Assembly (NCBI GenBank): GCA_045635045.1
Contig: JAZRBL010000115.1
Location: 1 to 63,007 of the forward strand
Direction of reading: 5' to 3'
Length of the DNA: 63,007 bases
From: Candidatus Enterocola sp.
GTDB lineage: Bacteria > Bacteroidota > Bacteroidia > Bacteroidales > Paludibacteraceae
The notes under the pieces were generated by a model. The model was not told where the DNA came from, did not search any database, and saw nothing but the letters and a program-made list of their open reading frames with translations. The translations under genes were made by a program, and so were the position numbers. Shown piece after piece: positions 35,905 to 45,435 of this stretch (position 1 is the stretch's first letter; each line of letters starts with the position of its first letter).

Positions 35905-37122
35905 TCGTTTTCGCAGGCTAGGAGGAAGGGTGTAATCTACTTCTTCTTCGTCATCTTCGGCCCATTCTCCCCAATCGATGACGTCTACAGGGCTTGTTTT
36001 GTCTTCTTGTGGACTTTGCGATTTTTCTTCGCTGGGTAGAACTTCTTCGGTATTAGGAGTGATTTCTTGGGGTTTTTCTAGGAAAGAAAAATCATTCGAT
36101 GTATTTTCTGTGTTACTGTTGTCTTCTATAATCGATTTGATCTCAAAGCCAGTGGCAATGATGGTAATGCTCATTTTGTCTTCTAAATCGTCGTCGTAAT
36201 AGGCACCCCAAATAAATTCAATGTCGGCACCAATGGCGTTGATAAATTTGGTAATTTCGTTGGTTTCGCCTGGTGTCATCTGGTGGTCGTGCGAATTTTT
36301 GGTATAAAGCAGCACTCTTTCGGCTCCTCGGATGTCATTGTCGTGCAATAGAGGAGAGTTCAGTGCCTCTTGAATGGCTTTGGTAACCCTGTTCTCGCCC
36401 GATGCGTAGCCTGTATTCATAATGGCAACCCCACAGTCGCGCATAATGGTGCATACGTCGGCAAAGTCGACGTTGATGTAACCAGTACTGTTGGTCATAT
36501 CGGCAATGCTCTTAATGGCTTCGCTCAAAATTTCGTCGGCCTTGGCAAAAGCGTTGTCCATGCAGTAGTCGCTGTATATTTTTACCAATTGACGGTTGTC
36601 AATTACCAAAAGAGCATCCACGTTTTCGCGCATTTTTTCCAAGCCTAATTTGGCTTTATTAAATTTGCGCATCCCTTCAAACTCAAAAGGAATGGTTACA
36701 ATACCAATGGTAAGAATGTTCATTTCTTTGGCTATACGTGCAATAACAGGAGCCGCCCCCGTTCCTGTACCACCACCCATGCCGGCATTGATAAATACCA
36801 TGCGGGTGTTGTCCGATAGGGTAGTTTTAATTTTTTCAATGTCCTCTTCGGCCGATTGTTCTCCTACCTCGGGGTTACCACCGGCTCCTAGCCCGTGGGT
36901 CAACGATGCGCCAATTTGTACTTTTACAGGTACGGGCGATTTGCTTAAATCTTGTACATCTGTATTAAAAATAGCGTAGGTAACGTTGCTAATGCCTTGG
37001 TTGTACATGCGGTTAACAGCATTGCTGCCACCACCACCAGCTCCTATTACTTTTATAAACGTATTGGATACGTTTTTTTCGTTAAATAAAATAGGGTCAA
37101 GATTGGCATAATTATTTTCCAT
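35902..37122 (-). CDS. ftsZ: Cell division GTPase FtsZ
   Basis: 406 aa. Motifs: IKVIGAGGGGSNAV, GMGGGTGTGAAPV, and the C-terminal conserved peptide DYTLPPSLRKR. Confidence 0.95.
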   Translation of the reverse strand: MENNYANLDPILFNEKNVSNTFIKVIGAGGGGSNAVNRMYNQGISNVTYAIFNTDVQDLSKSPVPVKVQIGASLTHGLGAGGNPEVGEQSAEEDIEKIKTTLSDNTRMVFINAGMGGGTGTGAAPVIARIAKEMNILTIGIVTIPFEFEGMRKFNKAKLGLEKMRENVDALLVIDNRQLVKIYSDYCMDNAFAKADEILSEAIKSIADMTNSTGYINVDFADVCTIMRDCGVAIMNTGYASGENRVTKAIQEALNSPLLHDNDIRGAERVLLYTKNSHDHQMTPGETNEITKFINAIGADIEFIWGAYYDDDLEDKMSITIIATGFEIKSIIEDNSNTENTSNDFSFLEKPQEITPNTEEVLPSEEKSQSPQEDKTSPVDVIDWGEWAEDDEEEVDYTLPPSLRKR

Positions 37123-37142
37123 GTTGAGGTATGATTTTAAGA

Positions 37143-38195
37143 TTAAAAAATGTTTTCAATAACGTTGTCAAGTCCTTTGTTGATGCCATCTTTTAAGCCA
37201 GATTTACCTAAGGAGAATGGGCCCCAAGAGGACTTTTTCTCTACTCTGCAATCTTCGCTTCCTTGCGATAGTAAGCTTAAAAGCGTATGGTATTTGGGTT
37301 TGTTGCAAGATTGAGATAGTTCGTCGTTATTGATGATAGTGAGAGCATTGGCTATACGTACTTCTAGGTGTGTTTTGTCGGCATACCATTCGGGCAAGTG
37401 TGTAAGTAAAGATGCTCCACCCGACAAAACAATTTTACGTTCTTTGGATGATAGTAGCCCTTTTTTGATCAATTTTGATAAAATAAGGCGGGCAATATCT
37501 TCTACGCGGTCTTCAATCATCTTGGACAACTCAAGCAAACTGATGCTTTGGTTAATATCAAACGGTCCGTTGGGATTCAGGCTGACGCGTTTGTCGGGAA
37601 ATTCTAATTTATGGGGTTGCGCATCGCCCAATCTGATTTTTAGCTTTTCGGCATAATTAAGAGATAAGCCCTTGTATGTTAGGTCGTTGCTAATAAGTTG
37701 TCCGCCTATGTTAATCATACCTTTACTATCTTCTTCGCCTTTGGTACGCATGATGTAACTGGTTGTGCCCGCACCCATGTCAATAAACAAGCATCCGTTA
37801 TTTTGTTCCGCCGGGGTTAAAAATAGGTCTGCTTGCGTAGTAATTAGGTTAGGTGCCGATAGAAAACTCATGGATTCTTTGCGTTTTCCGTTAACGGTAG
37901 AAAACAATAAATCCCATTCTTTGTACGTGTTTTCTTTGGTTAACCAGCTGCTGTATAGGTAGAGTTTGTTTACCGGTATGTTGGTTTGATTACTAAGCTT
38001 TTTGCAAATGGCTTTTATATCAAAAAGTACATGGTTAATGTCCTTTACGCGTCCTTCTTCTACGGCATTTGGACGTGTTTTGGTTTCTTCTACCCCCAAT
38101 ATCTTAATGGTTTTATTGGGAAGTTTTTCGGCAACGGCACCAATAATGTTTTGAGTGCCAATGTCTATGGCGGCTATGTAGGTTGGCTTACTCAT
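37143..38195 (-). CDS. ftsA: Cell division protein FtsA (short form)
   Basis: 350 aa. Actin-fold phosphate motifs AAIDIGTQNI and IDMGAGTT, plus LSGGASL. C-terminal amphipathic GLKDGINKGLDNVIENIF. Position between ftsQ and ftsZ. Confidence 0.8.
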   Translation of the reverse strand: MSKPTYIAAIDIGTQNIIGAVAEKLPNKTIKILGVEETKTRPNAVEEGRVKDINHVLFDIKAICKKLSNQTNIPVNKLYLYSSWLTKENTYKEWDLLFSTVNGKRKESMSFLSAPNLITTQADLFLTPAEQNNGCLFIDMGAGTTSYIMRTKGEEDSKGMINIGGQLISNDLTYKGLSLNYAEKLKIRLGDAQPHKLEFPDKRVSLNPNGPFDINQSISLLELSKMIEDRVEDIARLILSKLIKKGLLSSKERKIVLSGGASLLTHLPEWYADKTHLEVRIANALTIINNDELSQSCNKPKYHTLLSLLSQGSEDCRVEKKSSWGPFSLGKSGLKDGINKGLDNVIENIF

Positions 38196-38955
38196 GCTTA
38201 TCTATTTTAGTACAGAATATAAGTTCGTCGTAAGTAATGGTAATTTTTTTATAGATGTTGGCATCGTTTTTATGTGGATATTGCAAATACCATGCCCGTA
38301 ATTTTTCCATTTTAGATTCGTAGTGGGTTAGTTTGCCCAATTCTATGTAGGCAATACCTTGTCTGCTGGTAAGCCGAATGTTTTGCTTTTCGTCTACGTG
38401 TACCTCATAAAATAGGGCGGCCCAATCCTTGTCTAACAAAAGGTATTGCATAAAATCGTACAGTTCGCCTTGAGCAAAATGGGTATTTACGTTGCCCGTT
38501 ACGATGGGGGTGTATGCGGTAAATAAGCTGGAGGTAGGCATTGGGCGTCGTTCGTTATCCATGTAATAACTTTTCCCTTCTACTGGCAAAACACGAAAAA
38601 GCGGGCAACGTTGGTACAAATTGATATGAAAATCACCCTTGTAGCCCATATAACATTCCACTTTTTTAATAGGGCTTAGTTGGGCAATGCTTTTTTCGAT
38701 GCGATGCGCCTCTTCTATACCTATCAACGTGCCAATAGGGTTGATGTTGTGTTTGGCCAAGTGATCGTATATCATAGAGGCATTTACAAAACCATGTTCC
38801 ATGCTATCTTTAACACATACACTTACACGGTTGCACTGTATTTTTTGGTCGGGTTTCTTAAAGTAGATGAGAGCAAAAATACAGTACCCTAACAAGCATG
38901 TAATGCATGTTATAATGGCAATAAGCGACAGAATATGTTTTACTTTTGGGTTCAT
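38188..38955 (-). CDS. ftsQ: Cell division protein FtsQ-like (POTRA)
   Basis: 255 aa. N-terminal TM segment followed by a POTRA-like region. Its position in the dcw cluster supports the call. Confidence 0.7.
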   Translation of the reverse strand: MNPKVKHILSLIAIITCITCLLGYCIFALIYFKKPDQKIQCNRVSVCVKDSMEHGFVNASMIYDHLAKHNINPIGTLIGIEEAHRIEKSIAQLSPIKKVECYMGYKGDFHINLYQRCPLFRVLPVEGKSYYMDNERRPMPTSSLFTAYTPIVTGNVNTHFAQGELYDFMQYLLLDKDWAALFYEVHVDEKQNIRLTSRQGIAYIELGKLTHYESKMEKLRAWYLQYPHKNDANIYKKITITYDELIFCTKIDKHE

Positions 38956-41564
38956 TTAGTCAGTGACGATAGGTATTTCGTAACTTTAGGTACTTCTTGG
39001 TCTATGTTTCCCGCGCCAATGGTAATTAATACATCAAAAGTATGATTTTTAAGTTCTTCTACCAAGGCCTCTTTGGGACTACAAATGGTTTTGTTTTTAT
39101 GCTTGATGTATTTGGCAATAAGCTCTGAATTAACCCCTTTAATGGGTAGTTCACGAGCTGGGTAAATATCGAGCAAAATAATATCGTCTAGTTGTGTTAA
39201 ACTTCTGGCAAAATCGCGTGCAAAATCGCGTGTGCGGGTATACAAGTGAGGTTGAAATACACCGCATATTTTTTTGTCGGGATACAATTGACGGATTGAA
39301 CTTACGCAAGCCTCAATTTCGGCAGGGTGATGAGCATAATCGTCGATGTAAATGCATTGCTCGTTTTTTACTTGTATGTCAAAACGACGTTTGTTGCCCT
39401 TAAACGAGGCTACACCTTTGCGCAATTGTTCGTCGGTAGCGCCATTTAATTGCGCAATGGCCATGGCTGCAACCGCGTTTTCTACATTAATTAGCACAGG
39501 AACACCCAACTCTACGTTGTCAATGCGACCTTTGGGCGAAACAAAGTCAAAAAATAGTTGACCGTCCACGGTTACGATGTTTTCGGCATAGAAATCGGCT
39601 TGTTCTGTGGTAGAATATTGGTATACCGTAACATCGGGGTGTGTAGTAGGCACTAATTCTAGTCCTTTTTTCATTACTAAGGTGCCTCCTGGTTCAATAA
39701 GCGCTGTAAAGTCGGCAAATCCTTTAAGTAGTTCCTCGTGACTACCATAAATATCCAAGTGATCGGCATCGGTAGCGGTTATAATGGCCATTTTAGGGGT
39801 TAGGCGCAAAAACGAACGGTCGTACTCGTCGGCTTCTACCACTACATCGTTGCTTTGTTTGCTACTTAGCAAGTTGGTATCGTAATTTTTGGCAATCCCA
39901 CCCAAAAAGGCATTTACTTTCTCTGGTCTTTGGTTTAATAAGTGTGCCAATAGGGTAGATGTGGTGGTTTTGCCGTGTGTGCCCGCTACGCAAAGTGCAT
40001 TTTGCCCATGGGTAAGTTCTCCCAGTATCTCGGAACGTTTTAGCAAGGTAAAATGCCCTTTTTGGAAGAATTGCAACTCGCTATGGTTGGCAGGGATAGC
40101 AGGCGTATAAACTACTACCGTGTTTTCGATGTCCATAAAGCGAACGGGAATTTGGCTAATGTTGTCTTCGTAATGAATTTTAATGCCTTCGTCTTCTAGT
40201 GCTTGGGTGAGAGGAGTATGTGTTAAGTCGTAACCTCCTACCAAGTGTCCTTTTTGGTGAAAATAGCGGGCAAGAGCACTCATTCCAATGCCTCCAATGC
40301 CTAAAAAGTAATATTGGCGCATATATTGGGATGGAGTACCAACAACTTCCGATTTAATCGATGCGACGTTATCGCTACCTGTTATTTCTTCTATTTGCTC
40401 TTCGCTCTGATTTTCTGTTACAGGGCAAGCGTTGATGTCAATAGTAGGCAATTGAATCAGTTGGAATACCTCATTGGCGATGCTAGATGCAGCGTGAGGG
40501 CGTGCAAAATAGGTGATATTTTCGCTCAAGGTATCCAATTGTTTTTTGTCTTGAATCAATTGGATGGTTTTGGTAAGCAGTTGCTGAGGGGCATCTTTAT
40601 CGGACACCATAACAGCGGCATTTCGCTCTACCAAAGCAAGTGCGTTTTTGGTCTGATGGTCTTCTGAAACGTTGGGCGAAGGTACCAATAGACAAGGTTT
40701 TCCAAGTAGACTGAGCTCTGAAATAGAGCTAGCACCTGCGCGCGAAATTACCAAGTCTGCAATGCTATAAGCAAGGTCCATGCGGGCAATAAAATCGGTG
40801 ATTACCATATTTTTAATGGGTAATGCACTGGTTTTCATTTTAATATCGTCGATATAAAATTTACCTGTTTGCCAAATTACTTGCAAATCGTTTTGGTGTA
40901 CCATGTAAAGCAGTTCTAAATCTTTTAAGATGCTCTCGTTGATGGTACGTGCCCCCAAGCTGCCTCCAATAATTAACAAGGTTTTTTTCTTTGCAGAGAA
41001 GTTAAAGAATTGGTAGGCCTCGTTGCTGTGGTCTTTTATTTTTAGTAAGTTTTGTCTTACCGGATTGCCTGTCATTACGATGTTGTTGGCAGGAAAGAAA
41101 CGTTCCATGTGGTCGTATGCAACACAGATTTTTTTGGCTTTTTTGCCCAAAATCTTATTGGTGATGCCTGCGTACGAGTTTTGTTCTTGAATTAAGGTAG
41201 GTATGCCTTGCTTGGCAGCTTGGTACAATACAGGTGCGCTGGCATAGCCTCCTACGCCAATAGCAATGTCGGGCTTAAAATCTGCTATAATTTTTTTGGC
41301 TTTCGATAAGCTTTTAAAAAGGTTTTTAAGCACTGTAAAGTTTTTGGGGGTAAGCGAACGGTACAACCCCTGAATGGGCAACCCAATGATATCGTATCCG
41401 GCAGCAGGAACTTTTTCCATTTCCATGCGTCCTTCTGCCCCTACAAATAAGATTTGTGAGTTAGGGTAGGCCTCTTTGATAGCATTGGCAATAGATACGG
41501 CAGGAAAGATGTGTCCACCTGTTCCTCCACCACTGATAAGTATGCGTTTGTTGGTTGTGTCCAT
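38952..41564 (-). CDS. murG-murC: MurG-MurC fusion protein (lipid II GlcNAc transferase + UDP-MurNAc:L-Ala ligase)
   Basis: 870 aa in one frame. Residues 1-~370 are MurG (ILISGGGTGGHIFPAVS, GGYASAP, GGSLGAR, RAGASSISE). A ~45-aa acidic linker follows. Residues ~415-870 are MurC (MRQYYFLGIGGIGMSALARYF, GTHGKTTT, DDYAHHP). Confidence 0.85.
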   Translation of the reverse strand: MDTTNKRILISGGGTGGHIFPAVSIANAIKEAYPNSQILFVGAEGRMEMEKVPAAGYDIIGLPIQGLYRSLTPKNFTVLKNLFKSLSKAKKIIADFKPDIAIGVGGYASAPVLYQAAKQGIPTLIQEQNSYAGITNKILGKKAKKICVAYDHMERFFPANNIVMTGNPVRQNLLKIKDHSNEAYQFFNFSAKKKTLLIIGGSLGARTINESILKDLELLYMVHQNDLQVIWQTGKFYIDDIKMKTSALPIKNMVITDFIARMDLAYSIADLVISRAGASSISELSLLGKPCLLVPSPNVSEDHQTKNALALVERNAAVMVSDKDAPQQLLTKTIQLIQDKKQLDTLSENITYFARPHAASSIANEVFQLIQLPTIDINACPVTENQSEEQIEEITGSDNVASIKSEVVGTPSQYMRQYYFLGIGGIGMSALARYFHQKGHLVGGYDLTHTPLTQALEDEGIKIHYEDNISQIPVRFMDIENTVVVYTPAIPANHSELQFFQKGHFTLLKRSEILGELTHGQNALCVAGTHGKTTTSTLLAHLLNQRPEKVNAFLGGIAKNYDTNLLSSKQSNDVVVEADEYDRSFLRLTPKMAIITATDADHLDIYGSHEELLKGFADFTALIEPGGTLVMKKGLELVPTTHPDVTVYQYSTTEQADFYAENIVTVDGQLFFDFVSPKGRIDNVELGVPVLINVENAVAAMAIAQLNGATDEQLRKGVASFKGNKRRFDIQVKNEQCIYIDDYAHHPAEIEACVSSIRQLYPDKKICGVFQPHLYTRTRDFARDFARSLTQLDDIILLDIYPARELPIKGVNSELIAKYIKHKNKTICSPKEALVEELKNHTFDVLITIGAGNIDQEVPKVTKYLSSLTK

Positions 41565-41570
41565 GGTATA

Positions 41571-42848
41571 TTATGCTTGATTATTAACGGGTTGGGTTGT
41601 TGTGTCGTTGTCTGTGTTAGTGGGTTCTGTGGTGCCTTCTGCGGTGGTTGTATTGATTAACGCAGCTTGCTCTTTTTTGATGCGCTCTTCGTTGTGAGCA
41701 CTAATGCCTAGCATCAGTCCAAAACCAAAAGCGGTAACAAATAACGACATACCCCCTCTACTAATAAGGGGTAAGGTTTGGCCGGTAACTGGGCCTAATT
41801 CGGTAGCAACGGCCATGTTAATAAAGGCTTGTAGCACAATAATAAGTGCTAAGCCAATTACCAAAAGGCTCTCTGTAGCCTCGTTGGGGCCGCAACGTCG
41901 GGCAATTTTGCCAGCGCGGGCCAATATAATAACGTATAGTAAGATGGTAAAAATACCTCCTATCATGCCGTATTCTTCTATAATCACAGCGTATACAAAG
42001 TCGGAGTAGGCCAACGCTAAGTAATCGCGTTGTATACTATTGCCAGGACCACAGGGTGAAATACCATTGGCAATAGCAATTTTTGAGTTCATAATTTGAC
42101 GATTTTTGTCGTCTATTACCAAGGTTTTGCCCTTTTCTTTATTTTCGTTGCTATCGCTGTACTGATCGATGCGACCTATCCATGTATTCACCCGTTTGGT
42201 AATACCATTCTCAATATTAAAGGCATAGGATATGCCAATAAATAAACCGCCTACTACCACAACAATGCCAATAAGGCTAAAAATGTATTTTAATGCTACT
42301 TTTCCAATAAACATCATCAGTATGGTAACCCCAAATAAGATAAAGGCAGTAGAGAAGTTTTGAATCATTACCAAGAAACAGAACAATCCCAGTATGCCCG
42401 ACATAATACTGAAGGTTTTGATACTCAATTTTTTTGTATTATGCGTATTGTAGTAGCCTAAAATTTCGGCAAAAAGTATAACAATGGCCAGTTTGGTAAC
42501 CTCGATAGACTGAATTTCGAAACCACCGATAGAGATGGAGCGAATGGCCCCATTTACCGATTTGCCAATGATGGGTGTTAGCACCAATAGTACGATAGAA
42601 AGTAGCGGTATGAACCACAATCCTAATCGAATATTCCTAAAAGAGAACTGATGCGTTATTAAGATAATGACGAAAGCACCAAATAAATGCTTTATATGCC
42701 CCCAGAAGGGTGATAGGTAGTCTTCGTGGCGGTAGGCGCTGCTACTAATGGCACTAAACATGATAATCCCTGATATGATAAGCAGGGATATCACGGTAAG
42801 CCAAAGAATGGCATCGCCTCTAAATATTTTTCGAATCAGTTCTTTCAT
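41571..42848 (-). CDS. ftsW: SEDS-family peptidoglycan glycosyltransferase FtsW
   Basis: 425 aa with 10 TM segments. Contains GQTLPLISRGGMS. Confidence 0.9.
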   Translation of the reverse strand: MKELIRKIFRGDAILWLTVISLLIISGIIMFSAISSSAYRHEDYLSPFWGHIKHLFGAFVIILITHQFSFRNIRLGLWFIPLLSIVLLVLTPIIGKSVNGAIRSISIGGFEIQSIEVTKLAIVILFAEILGYYNTHNTKKLSIKTFSIMSGILGLFCFLVMIQNFSTAFILFGVTILMMFIGKVALKYIFSLIGIVVVVGGLFIGISYAFNIENGITKRVNTWIGRIDQYSDSNENKEKGKTLVIDDKNRQIMNSKIAIANGISPCGPGNSIQRDYLALAYSDFVYAVIIEEYGMIGGIFTILLYVIILARAGKIARRCGPNEATESLLVIGLALIIVLQAFINMAVATELGPVTGQTLPLISRGGMSLFVTAFGFGLMLGISAHNEERIKKEQAALINTTTAEGTTEPTNTDNDTTTQPVNNQA

Positions 42849-42851
42849 GCT

Positions 42852-44189
42852 TTATAGCGATTTAACTGTTTCTTTGAACAAGCGTCCTCTGTCTTCGTAA
42901 TTTTTAAATAGGTCAAAACTAGCACAGCAGGGCGATAACAGTACGGTGTCGCCTACGTTGGCTTTTTGGTAGGCAGTTTTTACCGCTTCGTCCATAGAGT
43001 GGGTGCTTACAAATGGAATGCCCAATGGGGCAAAAAAGTTTTCTAATTTGCTGTTGTCAACCCCCATAAATATTAAGGTATGTACCTTTTCTTTGATGAG
43101 TTGTTTGATTTCGTTGTAATCGTTTCCTTTATCGGTGCCGCCTAAAATAAGCACCACGGGGGTACGCATGCTTTCTAGGGCATACCAGCAAGAATTTACG
43201 TTAGTGGCTTTAGAATCGTTGATAAACTCAACGCCTCTTACGTTGCAAACCGATTCCAAACGGTGCTCTACGCCTGCAAAGGTGTGTAGTGAGTTGCGAA
43301 TGGATTCTTTTTGGATGTTGAACGATGCCGCAGAAAGGGCAGCTGCCATCGAATTGTAAAGATTGTGTTGTCCGCGTAGCCCCAATTCTTCTAGCTCCAT
43401 TTGCAATTCACCGTTGATGGTAGCAAGGTTTAGCTGATTTTGTTGGGTATAGGCAGCCATTTCTGGGGTGGCATTCAACGAGAAAGGACGTTTTTTTGCC
43501 TTGATGGCAATTTTTTCCAATTCTTTTTGAATCACTTCGTCGTCGTTCCAATAAATAAATACATCGTTTTCGGTTTGGTTCTGGGTAATGCGCATTTTGG
43601 CATCGATGTAATTTTGGAACTTGTATTCGTAACGGTCCAAGTGGTCGGGTGTTATGTTTAGTAACACGCTAATGTCGGCCTTGAACTCGTACATATTGTC
43701 CAATTGAAAACTGCTTAATTCAATTACGTAGTAATCAAAGTTTTCGGTTGCTACTTGGTAGGCAAAACTTTTACCTACGTTGCCGGCTAAACCTACATTC
43801 AACCCTGCGTCTTTTAGCATTTGGTAGGTAAGCATGGTGGTAGTGGTTTTGCCGTTACTGCCTGTAATGCATACGGTTTTGGCGCTGTTGTATCGGCCAG
43901 CAAATTCAATTTCGGAGATAATAGGGGTTCCCAAGCCTTTTAGCTGTTGTACCAAGGTGGCTTTGTTGGGAATACCAGGGCTTTTAATCACCTCGTCGGC
44001 CTTTAAAATACGTTCGGGGGTATGGCCGTTTTCTTCCCAAGCAATGCCATATTGCTCCAGCATGGCTTTGTATTTTTCGGGGATGGTGCCCGCATCCGAA
44101 AGGAATACGTCAAATCCTTTTACTTTGGCTAAAACAGCAGCTCCAGTGCCGCTTTCGCCTCCTCCTAAAACAACTATGTACTTGCTCAT
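42852..44189 (-). CDS. murD: UDP-MurNAc-L-Ala:D-Glu ligase
   Basis: 445 aa. Motifs: VVLGGGESGTGAA and ITGSNGKTTTT. Confidence 0.9.
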   Translation of the reverse strand: MSKYIVVLGGGESGTGAAVLAKVKGFDVFLSDAGTIPEKYKAMLEQYGIAWEENGHTPERILKADEVIKSPGIPNKATLVQQLKGLGTPIISEIEFAGRYNSAKTVCITGSNGKTTTTMLTYQMLKDAGLNVGLAGNVGKSFAYQVATENFDYYVIELSSFQLDNMYEFKADISVLLNITPDHLDRYEYKFQNYIDAKMRITQNQTENDVFIYWNDDEVIQKELEKIAIKAKKRPFSLNATPEMAAYTQQNQLNLATINGELQMELEELGLRGQHNLYNSMAAALSAASFNIQKESIRNSLHTFAGVEHRLESVCNVRGVEFINDSKATNVNSCWYALESMRTPVVLILGGTDKGNDYNEIKQLIKEKVHTLIFMGVDNSKLENFFAPLGIPFVSTHSMDEAVKTAYQKANVGDTVLLSPCCASFDLFKNYEDRGRLFKETVKSL

Positions 44190-44191
44190 AC

Positions 44192-45433
44192 CTATCGTAT
44201 TTTTAAGGTTAGAATGGTAAATATAGCTAAGGCAATGCCTATAATCCAGAATCGGGTAACAATCTTAACTTCGTGCAAACCTTTCTTTTGGTAATGGTGG
44301 TGAAGGGGTGCCATTAAAAAGATGCGTCTGCCTTCGCCGTATTTTTTGCGGGTGTATTTAAAGTAGCTGGTTTGTAAGATAACCGATAAATTCTCCATCA
44401 AGAAAATGCCACACAAAATAGGAAGCAATAGCTCTTTGTGAATAAGAATGGCAAATACGCCAATAATACCCCCCAAAGCTAAGCTTCCGGTGTCGCCCAT
44501 AAATACCTGTGCTGGGAAAGTGTTGTACCACAAGAAACCTACGGTAGCACCAATAAAGGCCGCTGCGTATACTACCAATTCTTGGCTATAGGGAATAAAC
44601 ATAATGTCTAAATAATCGGCAAAAAATACGTGGCTCGATACGTAGGCTAGTACCGCCAGTGCCACCCCAATGATACTGGAGGTGCCAGCTGCCAAGCCGT
44701 CCAACCCGTCCGTTAGGTTGGCCCCGTTAGAAGTGGCCATTACAATAAAGATGGTAAGCAGGATAAAGAATATCCACGCGAGCAAATCGGCATGTTCGCC
44801 TGCAAACGCAAAGATGTCGGCATAATCTAAATTGTGTCCCGAAAAGAAGGGGATGGTGGTTTGGGTAGATTTGATGGCTTTGGCCGATGGACTGATTTGG
44901 TCTAGATTGGTGTCTAGTTGTTCTAGTACCTCGCGGTTGCCTTCGTTAACGTGTTCTACTACCACCGATGCAGGACTGAAGAACAAGGTGCAACCTACAA
45001 TTAAGCCTAGTATAATTTGTCCGGCTAGTTTCGCTTTTCCGGGGATACCCTCTTTGTTCTTTTTAAAGACCTTGATGTAATCGTCGCAAAAACCTAGTAT
45101 GCCTAGCCAAACGGTGGTAAAGAGCATGAGGAGCAGGTATAGGTTGCCTAGTCTGCCAAATAGCAAGCAAGGAACCAAAATGGCTATTAAAATAATGATA
45201 CCACCCATAGTAGGTGTGCCTTTTTTACTGTCTTGTCCGGCTAGCCCGAGCGAACGGATTTCTTCGCCAATTTGTTTCTTTTGCAAGTATTTAATAATGC
45301 GTTTGCCCACTATCATCGATAAAAATAGCGATGTGATAAGGGTGATAGCTGCCCTAAACGAGATGTAGTTAAACAAGCCTGCGCCAGGTAAGTCGAATGC
45401 AGCATCTAAATAGCGAAACAAATAGTACAACAT
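44192..45433 (-). CDS. mraY: Phospho-MurNAc-pentapeptide translocase
   Basis: 413 aa. Motifs: GTPTMGGI, NGANLTDGLDGLA, MGDTGSLALGG. Confidence 0.95.
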   Translation of the reverse strand: MLYYLFRYLDAAFDLPGAGLFNYISFRAAITLITSLFLSMIVGKRIIKYLQKKQIGEEIRSLGLAGQDSKKGTPTMGGIIILIAILVPCLLFGRLGNLYLLLMLFTTVWLGILGFCDDYIKVFKKNKEGIPGKAKLAGQIILGLIVGCTLFFSPASVVVEHVNEGNREVLEQLDTNLDQISPSAKAIKSTQTTIPFFSGHNLDYADIFAFAGEHADLLAWIFFILLTIFIVMATSNGANLTDGLDGLAAGTSSIIGVALAVLAYVSSHVFFADYLDIMFIPYSQELVVYAAAFIGATVGFLWYNTFPAQVFMGDTGSLALGGIIGVFAILIHKELLLPILCGIFLMENLSVILQTSYFKYTRKKYGEGRRIFLMAPLHHHYQKKGLHEVKIVTRFWIIGIALAIFTILTLKIR

Positions 45434-45435
45434 AT

